Source of the DNA: the human T2T-CHM13v2.0 reference genome, Homo sapiens | Assembly (NCBI RefSeq): GCF_009914755.1 | Contig: NC_060928.1 | Length of the DNA: 64,000 bases | Reading direction: 5' to 3' (one strand) | Position numbers and translations under genes: made by a program | The notes under the pieces: model-generated | Database searches by the model: none | What the model was told of the DNA's origin: nothing | The model's input: the letters and a program-made list of their open reading frames with translations, nothing else | Part shown: piece by piece, positions 53,881 to 64,000 of the stretch | How the letters are laid out: each line of letters opens with the position of its first letter | Numbering within the stretch: the first letter of the stretch is position 1

Positions 53881-55583
53881 AGGGGGGGGGATTTTCAAAA
53901 TTTTCAAATAAGATAGAAACTTACAAATAAGCAAAAGTTAAATGAATTCATTATTATCAGATCTGCCTTACAAAAAATACTAAAGGGAGACTTTCAGACA
54001 GAAATGAAAAGACACTAGACAGTTACTTATACCATATGAAGAAATAAAGAGCACTGAAAACAATAACTACATAGGTAAATATAAAGGACAGCATACAAAT
54101 GTATTTTTAAGTCATCTTCTTCTACTATTGAATTTAGAAGACAATTGCATAAAGCAATAACTACAAAATGATGTTGATGGGCATATAATGTATAAAGATG
54201 TAGCTTGTATGACAATAACATCACAAAAGAGGAGGAAAGGAACAGAGCTATACTGGAACTAAGGTTTTGTATGCTAGCAAAATTAAGTTTGTATGAATCC
54301 AAAGTAGGTTGTTTCAGTTAAGGTGTTAATTTAAATCCCCAGAGCAACTGATAAGAAAAAAATTTCAAAATACATAGTAAAATAAACAACAAGGGCATGA
54401 AAATGGTGCTGTAGAAAATAACTATTTAACTACAAAGAGAGCAGTAATAGTGGAATAGAGAAACAAACAAAAAGATATACAACGTATAGAAAACAAATAC
54501 CAAAATCACAAATGTAAACCTTACCTTATCAGCAATTACATTAAACATAAATGTATTAACCCTGCCAATCCAAAGGCAGAGACTGCAGAATGCATAAAGA
54601 AACTGGATTGTCACATACAAAAGAATGAAGTTGGACCTTTACCTCATAACATAGGCAAAAATGAACTCAGAATGGATTAGAGACCTAAATATTTATGGAA
54701 GTATTTATGACCTAGGGTTAACCTATGGCTTCTTAGATATAACACCAAAAACATAAACAATAAAAGAAAAAAATAGATAAACTGGATTTTATCAAAATTT
54801 TAAAAACTTTTGTACTTTAAAGAATGCCATTAGGAAAGTGAAAAGACAGCCCACAAAATGGGAGAAAATATTTGCAAATCATGATCCGATAAGGGCTTTC
54901 CCAACCCCGCAGCAACAACAACAACAATAACAACAATTTAAAAATGGACTAAGGACTTGAATATACATTTCTCTAAAGATATGTAGACAGAAAAGAAAAT
55001 GAAAAGTGCTGAACATCATTTGCATTTCACTAGAGAAATGCAAAACAAAACCACGATGAGATACTATTTCACACACACTAGGATGGCTAAAATAAAAAAG
55101 ATAGACAATATCGAGTGTTGATGAGAATATGGAGAAATTGGAACCCTCATACATTGCTGATGGGATTTCAAGATGGTACGACCACTTTTAATAAGTGTAT
55201 CAGTTCCTCAAAATGTTAAACATAGAGCTTCTATATGACCCAACAATTCCACTCCTTGGTATATAGCCAAGAGAAATAGAAATATGTCTACACAAAAACT
55301 TGTGCATGAATGTTTATGGTAGTGTTATTCATAGCAACCAAAAAGTAGAAATAATCCAAGTGCTCATCAATTGATTAATAGATAAACAAAGTGTAATATA
55401 TCCATACAATTGGATTTTTTTAGCAATAAAAAGGAATGAACTACTGATCCATGCTATAACATGGATGAACCTTGAAAACATGCCAAATGAAAGAAGCTAG
55501 AAACAAAAGACCACATGTTGTATAATTCCATTCATAGTAAATGTTCAAAATAGGCAAATTCATAGAGATGGAAAGTAGATTAG

Positions 55584-55966
<383 letters not shown>

Positions 55967-56098
55967 TGAAAATGTCCTTATAATTAGATGGCGATGATGC
56001 TTGCAGAGCCATGTGAATATAATAAAATCCACTGAAAATGTTCTTATAATTAGATGGTGATGATGCTTGCAGAGCCATGTGAATGTAATAAAATCCAC
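55967..56098. repeat. 2 x 66-bp tandem duplication (3 mismatches) in the L1MB 3' UTR
   Basis: tgaaaatgt(c/t)cttataattagatgg(c/t)gatgatgcttgcagagccatgtgaat(a/g)taataaaatccac twice. Confidence 0.95.
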
Positions 56099-56104
56099 CA
56101 AATA

Positions 56105-56426
<322 letters not shown>

Positions 56427-58134
56427 TCATATACCTTAATAGGGTAAATTTTATATTATGTGAATTCTGTCTCAATAAAGCTGTTATAAACATTCAGTCT
56501 ATTTTTAAAAAATATGTCTATTTTTAAAAAAACAAAAAAACCTGTATTTTATGCATAAATCATTCATTTAGATTTAAATGTCTGTTTAAACATATCTTGA
56601 CATAGTCTTACCATTGATTTTACATCTAATTACTGAACTGTCAGGTTGAACATATAAAATAATTTGAACATAAGAAACGAATGCTATCAAGGAATCAAAG
56701 TATTCCAATGTATCTTTTTAGAAATGTAACAATGCTTTTCTGAATTCCTTCATCCTATCTTGCTTTATGTCTGATGTCTTCACTTTCTAAGCACATTTGT
56801 CTATATTTTTGAAGTTGTGAGGACTCTGTTCTGTTTCCCATCTACATCCTAACATTTAATTAAGTATTTAAAAGTTAATTCTTCAGGCAAAGTGACCTTT
56901 TCTATATGCCCTGCCTCCACCTGCCCCCCCAGTCCCATCCTCACCATCCTACAGGCCCCTTAGAAATTTCCATCATCCCAATTCAGCAATATCTGTATAA
57001 ATGAGTTTATAAGTTGACATTTGGGCCTAGAGTAAGCTTGAAGAGATGCCAAAGGCACTTGGTCCAATTAAAATCACAATATTAACAGGAAGACTTTCCT
57101 AAGGATTTCAGGCTTCACTGACAAGACCTCCAGACTTATTATGGAGAATTTTTTATTTATTTTTTATTTCTTTGTTTTAGGAAATGGCTGTGTGATGATG
57201 AGCCAAAATGATACTTGCATGATTAAGGGAACTTAGGTTAGGTTGAAAAAAACCTATAGGTTTTACTCTCTCCTCCATCCTAGCAAATTATATGGAAATT
57301 AAATGGGCTTTAGTAAACATTGGACACTTTTTAAGGAAAACAGATTTTTCAATCTGAATAGAAATTTTTCAACCATTTGCAGTTTTATTAAAATGTATAA
57401 TTTGCATGCTACAATTTGTTAGAATCCAAAGAAAGTTTCCAAAGGTCCCATTTGATTGAAAGATAATTATACTTGTAGAACATGGAATACCAGTTTTTTG
57501 GGCCAAGTTTTATAAATATGGGCCAAACTTCTATAAATATCTATATTAAGGTTTTCAGTATGGAAAGGAATGTAATCTAGGATCACATGCAAGAAGAGAA
57601 TGAATAAACAACTGAAGGGAGCCAACAGACTCGAGGATTCAGAAAGGCTAAGAACCTCAGATAACTATCACCGCCACAAGACACGCACCTGCAGAGGAAG
57701 GGAATGATGCTGAGGTCAAGTCTGTCCACTCCTGGGCCACAGCCAGAGTTTCTGACATGACAAAGCTTGACATTAAATTGACATGTGACCACATAAACAT
57801 GCAAACTCCTATTCTGGTCATGGGTTTTTTAAATAAGCTCATCAAGGTTGGAGAAAAAGCCCTTTTTCTCTGTACTTTGAGCTGTTAGTCTTGCTGCCAA
57901 ATGTGATGTCTCTGGTTTAACTTGGGGGAAGATGGTTTACAGACTTCTAGTAGTATCTCAAGAAAGTCAACAAGGTCAAACACAGACTTTTGTGGGGACT
58001 TTAAAACCTTACCTGAGGAAGCATATTCAACCCTCCAAGCAGTTTACACATTTCATGTTGCATGTTGATGATGATATCCGTGTAGAATGTTTTAGAATCT
58101 ACCCAAAATTTTTACAGACAAAATTTTATTTATT

Positions 58135-58295
58135 CTCCACAACAAACCTGTGATGTATTCAGGGCAGGTGTTTTTATCTTCATTTTACATTTGGGAAAAC
58201 CAAGACTCAGATGAGTTGAACACTGTGCTTGTGCTTAACCAGGCAATTGTTGGTTGATTGAGGCCTAAAACCAGGTCTCTTGACTCCAATTTCAG
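58135..58295 (-). mobile_element. MIR
   Basis: 'acaacaaacctgtgatgta...tttatcttcattttaca..tgggaaaaccaagactcaga...ccaggtctcttgactcca'. Confidence 0.6.
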
Positions 58296-58309
58296 AACAT
58301 GTTGCACAA

Positions 58310-58492
58310 CCATGTTCTCAGCTTGGGATGCACAACAAAATCACCTGGGTAGTATTAAAAGAAAAAAAAGTCTGATGCCCTGGCTGAACCCAAAACAAAT
58401 GAAATCAGAATAACTGGGTGTGGGATCCAGGCAACAGTATTTAACTCAGCTCTTCAGGTAGCTCCAATGTATAGTCAAGTCTGAGAATTATG
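58310..58492. mobile_element. MER5-family hAT MITE
   Basis: 'gttctca...tgcacaacaaaatcacctggg...aatcagaat..ctggg.gtggg..ccaggca.cagtattt...ctgagaa'. Confidence 0.7.
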
Positions 58493-59039
58493 TCCTACGA
58501 TATGTTTTCTCAAACAAAAGTGGCATTTGAAAGCTGTAACATACAAGAGGCCAAAATGTGACAACGCAAAGGTTTTAAGATTTTCATTGTTTTATCCAAC
58601 AATTATTTATTCTTCTATGTGCCAGGTATTATTCTAGAAGGTGGGAACACCATAGTGAATAAGATAGAGTTTCTGGCAGTCTGGTTATCTCATTGGCATG
58701 ACCATTGGACCTTCTCTCAATGCTGCTAAACCTTCCTCACTCTTGCACCCCTTCTAAATTTGACCCTGATGCTGATCACTTTCTTCCTACACAGGATTCA
58801 GAACAACATGAAAGAAAAGGTATGCATGAACACTAAGAAATCTTCTGGTGCATAAATAAACGTGAAAAATTCCAGTCAGGGCTCAGTGTAAAAAAAAATT
58901 TATTCTGTTACATGATATACTTTGTTCTTTTTGACTTGGCTGCTAGGAGGCTCAGAACTAAATGTCATGCACAAGTCTAGTTGGTTTCCTTCACTGCATC
59001 TCTTCCTGCACATTTCCCTCTGTATGAGTCCAGGTCCAG

Positions 59040-59509
59040 GCAGCCCTCCTGGTTAGAGAGAAGCGGTCCACTTGAACAAGGTCATTGTGGAGCGTTCAAT
59101 AAAGGTGTGAGGAGGGTTAAGGGAAACCAACATGTTTTGGTGGAATATCCTGGAGCTAGCTGTTGCTGGAAGCAAGTCGTTCCTGTCTGGGTCTGCGGGA
59201 GAAAAGAGAAGAAACAGTGACTGGACAAATGGAAGGAGCTCGCAGCTGCCAGAGAGGGCTGCCCAAGAGGGGCTGTGGCCATTAATGGAGGACCACAACC
59301 ACTGCCAATTGGTGTAGGAAGGAGCCTGGACCAAACATCCCAACGTCTTTCTCATCTTTCTTTTCAATCTCCTGTCTGAGATCTCTGTTAGCTAGAACAG
59401 TCAGAAACCAGAGGATAAAGGGGCACAGTTGACGGAGTCTCTGGAGGACAATGTCCAGGGTGCAGCTCAGAATGAAGGATGGAAGGGCAAGTGGAGACCA
59501 TTCGGCACA
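59040..59509 (-). mobile_element. ERVL LTR (LTR67B-like)
   Basis: 'ggctgtggcc...ccactgccaa...cagaaaccagagga.aaagggg...ggaagggcaagtggagaccattcggcaca' matches the remembered antisense consensus. Confidence 0.6.
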
Positions 59510-60199
59510 CTGTCCCACCTTCCTCACTAGGCAGTGAGTCTTGCATTTCGTGTAAGTGGGTTTTGTTACAAATGTGTTATTTATGTTTGCTGCTTCTTAT
59601 ATTTTTTTAAATGTAAAATTAGGTTAAGAGGAAGAAAATGAAGGAGTAGAGGTTTAGAAATAAATGGAGCAAACCTTAAAATAACAGTACTTCTTGTGGT
59701 TGAAAACACATAAGGGAAATATAAGATCATCACTATCTTCCCTCTATCCATATTCAGATTTTTGCAATTCTTGAGGGAAATAACTGGACGCTGTCATTTC
59801 TATGATTGAATCATATCTGTTTGTCTTTCTCACAGTTGTATGCTCCATCCAAAAGTCTTAGGAGAAACTAGAGGGTGGAGTTTTTTCTGACAGATCTCTG
59901 TGTTGCTCTTTAGGGATTTGACTGGAGTAAATCCTCCTGTCATGTGTTTTAAACTCAGCTACAAAAATTTGGAACTCCATGTGCCTCTTTTGGGTTTGTT
60001 TTTGTTTGTTTTATTTTGTTTTACATGCTCTTTGTTTAAGATTTTGGAAACAGAAAGTGTTAAGAAGAAAATAACGATTCCTGAAAACCCCCACCTAACA
60101 GTAACCACTGTAAACACTTGAACATGATTTCTTTATGTCTCTACACTTATTTATTGGTTTCTTTTAAAATAATCAACAAACCACCACCACCACCACATC

Positions 60200-60405
60200 T
60201 AGCAATTATTGAGCACTTATTAAGAGTTTGGCATTATTCTAAGCACTTTACTATATGAAGCAGATATTCCTGTGAGCTTAATTGTATAGATAAGGAAACT
60301 GAGGCAGACAAAGGTTCTATGATTTGCCCAAAGTCACATGGTGAGTAAATGGCAAGACTGGGATTTGAACAAGAACACTGTGGCTTAAGTGCTCACGCTC
60401 CATGT
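60200..60405 (-). mobile_element. MIR
   Basis: 'tattgagcactta...agataaggaaactgaggcaga...ttgcccaaagtcacatgg.gagtaaatggcaagactgggatttgaac'. Confidence 0.8.
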
Positions 60406-60581
60406 CACAAAATACAGTGGCAGGACAGCAGTTAAAAACAGAAGCCGCTGAAGGAAGAACAAAGGGGAGACCATAGAATGGATTCAGGAATTTTCAAGAA
60501 TTGATTAAAAATTCCTAACCACAAAACCCTTTTTCCTTGCTTCTGGTAACTCCACAAAACTGGCTCTAAGGTGTGTGTGGG

Positions 60582-60845
60582 TTTTTTTGTTTTAGCTTTT
60601 ATCTTAGTTTCAGGGGTAGATGTGCAGGTTTGTTCTGTAGGTAAGTTGCCTGTCATGGAGCTTGGCGTACAGATTATTTCGTCACCCAGGTAATAAGCAT
60701 AGTACTCAATAGGTAGTTTTTCCATCCTCACCCTCCTCCCACCCTCTGCCCTCAGGTAGCCCTGGTGTCTGTTGTTCCCTTCTTTGTGTCCGTGTGTACT
60801 CAATGCTTAGCTCCCACTTATAAGTAAGAACATGCAGTGTTTGGT
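60582..60845 (-). mobile_element. L1PA16-like 3' end fragment
   Basis: 'gattatttcgtcacccaggtaataagcatagtactcaataggtagttttt...tagctcccacttataagt.agaacatgcag'. Confidence 0.88.
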
Positions 60846-61546
60846 GCTGTAAGTTTTGAAGCCAGCAATTCCAAAAGGGGAGCCTGGTCAGTTACAAATG
60901 TTTGGTGTTCATAGATTAAAAACAGATAAAATGATCAACAAAAATACTGCTATTTTTGATATGATGACCAGGCAGAGGTAATCGTATAAATACTTGGCCA
61001 TGGTATAATGTAACTGATGATGCTATTTGTTCATCTATTTAAGGGTTCATTCCTTTTAAGCATCTATTATGGGTCAGGCACTGTTTTAAGTGTTAACAAT
61101 ACACTGGTGAGTAAGAGTGAGTGAGATGAGTTTTTGACTTAGGAATCTGACAGATGATAAGTAGGTAAACACATTTTTTAAACACTTTATTGAAAATAGG
61201 GGGAGAGGATTGAGAGTACCAGGGTGCAGAAAGAAATGCTTATCTCACATGGGGCAAATGATGAATTTTGTGGGTTGTGTCTTGTCGCATTCTCTCAATA
61301 AAGACCAATGTCATTTCAGCCAAGGGGAATTAGGAAAAGACAGTTACATGGGGACCAGCACAATCTTTCATCAAGGATTGACCTGCAGAGGTAGATTTTA
61401 GATTGTAAGAAAAAATAGAAGGACTTAATATTCTTTAATCATCTGTAAATATAATTTTAAGATGTTTTTTCTCTAAGGACTGGTAAGAATTGGGTAGTAT
61501 GCTGGTGAGGTCCACCACTAATGATCACTTGAAGTAAAATATGGAC

Positions 61547-61728
61547 CAGTGGTTCTGAAACATGAGCTTACATCTCAGTCCCCAAGAGGGCTTGTGAAAA
61601 CTTTGATTCCCTGCCCAGCCCATGAGTTTCTGATTTAGAAAGGTCTGGGGTGGGGCCCAAGAATCTGCATTTCTGACAAGTTCCCAGGGGCTGCTGCTGC
61701 TTCAGGGATTACTCTTTGAGACCCACTG
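61547..61728. mobile_element. MER5A hAT MITE
   Basis: TIRs cagtggttctgaaa / tttgagacccactg; 'aggtctggggtggggcccaagaatctgcatttctgacaagttcccagg'. Confidence 0.88.
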
Positions 61729-64000
61729 ATGGAGATCCATGGACCTTATGAGAAAGTTTGGGTGATGGCTGTGGTGAGGGTTGAAGGGGTGGAAGTAGAA
61801 TCCTTGGAGGAAGGTTTAAATCCTCTTTTAAAAACAGAGTGGTCTAACCTAACCTGTCCTTTTAGAAAGCCGTTCAATCTCCACGTAGAAGGGAGCTAAA
61901 GAAGTGCTTGTCCCAAAGTAGGGCCAGGCACTTCCCTGGGGAAATTGTTTTCAAAGGCCTATAATGTTTAAACAAGTTCTATTTCATTAGCTTGGCCAAA
62001 ACTGTTTTAGCTTGGAAAACCTTCGGGAACATGTAAACACTTTTTGTCAGACATATATTTTATGTTGGTAAAAAAAAAATCACAGATTAATAAAATTGTA
62101 TTTTATACTGTTAAAACCCCTTACATTACACATGAGATTTTCCAAATCAATGAAAGGCTGTTTGTAACCATTATTTTAACAGGTACATAATTTTCCAGCA
62201 TGTGGTTATTCATAATTTACTGAATTATTTCCCTTTTAGATATTTCTAGTGTTTTTACTCCTATAAATGATGGTATAATAAATAATTGCATACATGGATA
62301 TTTGCTCACATTTCTAATTATTCCAAATTGCTAGAAGCAAAATTACTGAGTCAAAATGAACATTTCTTATGTACTAGAACGTATTTTCATTTGCCATTTC
62401 TAGTTAAGAGACATTTAAATTTAATATGAATACTGTTGCAAAGACGTTGTTTGCCATTTGACTATCACTAAGCCTTCTTGTTCTCAAAAATAAGGAGCAA
62501 ATGATTCATCTAGAAGGAAAAGAAATTTCACATCAATGTCTTGAAAGAAAATTTGTGAAAATCACCGTGAAGAGGCAACAAACAGAAAACACTGCCACAC
62601 AACACACAGCAACATTTCTGAAAAAGCATCTTTAAGCATCTCTTTGTTCTTGGTGTTGCATCTTTATAGCAGCTGCTTCTCCCCACGATTCTCTCTCCCT
62701 CGTCTCTGTTTTTCCTTCCAACATCAGCTCATTTCTCTCTCCTTGTACTCCTGCCTTCCAGGTCCGGGTCTATACTCCTCTTACACAAAACCCCTAAGCC
62801 CTTCTGTCTTTTATGCCTTAATTTCAGTCAGACCCTGTTTAGAGCAGTGAAGGCCCAGAGTCCGGCTGAGTCAAAAATTCTCTTTAAGCGTCTTTGGAGA
62901 GGGAGCCCTGTGAAAATTGTGGGAACATACTGTAGGTTGGCTTTGGCTGAAAGCTGCCATTTAGCTTCAGTGTCAGCCTCTAACTTTGGAAGGCAGCATA
63001 GCCAATTCTTCCTTCAGTCTCATTTCTGGCCTCTCTGAACTTGTGTCAGCTCAGTGATTTCAGGATTGGGTAAGTTACAATCACAGCTATCACATCTAGT
63101 CATCTTAGCAAAGTCAATCATATAAACAAAGGATGTCAGTCAAATTATTTAATGTCTGAATACTGACTTTCAAGTGGAGGTGAGCATTCTTGATGTAACT
63201 TGGAGTAAAAATCTTTGTGTGTTAATATATTTAAATTATATTATTTATCTGAAGTATGTATACATTTATTAATTACAAGCATATGATATTGCAATAATTT
63301 CTGATTATTGTAAAAGGTGTTTATTCTATGTATTAAAAACAATAAGAATTTCTGTTAAATAGGTAAATCGATTCACTATTATAGAAACATTAAGAGACTG
63401 TGTTAGCTAGATGACTTAAGGGAGAGCATTATGTCCTTTTCTAGCCAACACATGCTTATAAAACTTAAAATAGTAATACAAGGCATAATAATAGAGGTCT
63501 GTTTTCATGACAATTTGAGTGTTTGTGAAATCATTTTGAGTACTAGCATTCCTAACTTTAAACAAAATAACCTTAAATCAACTATTTAATTTTGAGTAAT
63601 TTTATCTCATTTAGGCTGTGATTCTTTTAAGAAAAGGAATTTTTAGAATTTCTGTGAATGAATTAAAAGCAGAATGTCAACTTTTCTATCTCAAAAATTT
63701 TATTGGGAGGAAAACCCTCATAATCAAGTACAGCAGCATCCATGGTAAAACTTGGATCCAGATGTAAGAAAGAATTATAAACTCTGATGAAAACAAGGAA
63801 GTGCTAGAGAAAAAGAAAGTACCTAGAAAAATTCTCCCTACTGATCTGCCATCAGTTTAAAGTGAGTGACTATTTAATACAGCCAACAGGCAGTTAAGTG
63901 ACAATGGGAGCAGTCTACCAGCTGACAAAACTCAGAAATTGTTGCTCCTTTATCTTAACGGCAAACTTGTAAAACTTAGCTAATAAAAGATTTAATAATA

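Noticed and set aside
57160-57242. Polypyrimidine tract + AG, 56 nt, then GTTAGG: a possible cassette exon
   Set aside because: Stops in all three frames and a weak donor; cannot be supported without RNA data

Overview
Repeat-dense, non-coding catarrhine primate genomic DNA (human-like: Alu J/S/Y, L1PA, THE1/MST/MLT, MER, Tigger). I see no host protein-coding exon, RNA gene, CpG island or prokaryotic-type system, and the locus and species cannot be named from the sequence alone. The window is dominated by two full-length but disrupted LINE-1s facing each other: L1PA7-like (+) at ~23.3-29.7 kb and L1PA5-like (-) at ~37.3-43.4 kb. There are also several nested transposon stacks. The best non-routine signals are: (1) a clear ~112-bp 3' transduction on the L1PA5 copy, with its own AATAAA, a second poly(A) and a 12-bp TSD; (2) a possible short transduction on the L1PA7 copy; (3) a 72-codon open ORF0-equivalent and a two-heptad ORF1 deletion in the L1PA7 copy; (4) three locally templated insertions or fold-backs; (5) a perfect 50-bp tandem duplication. 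None of these is a demonstrably new biological system. Subfamily names come from remembered consensus sequences, and the ends of old elements are approximate.
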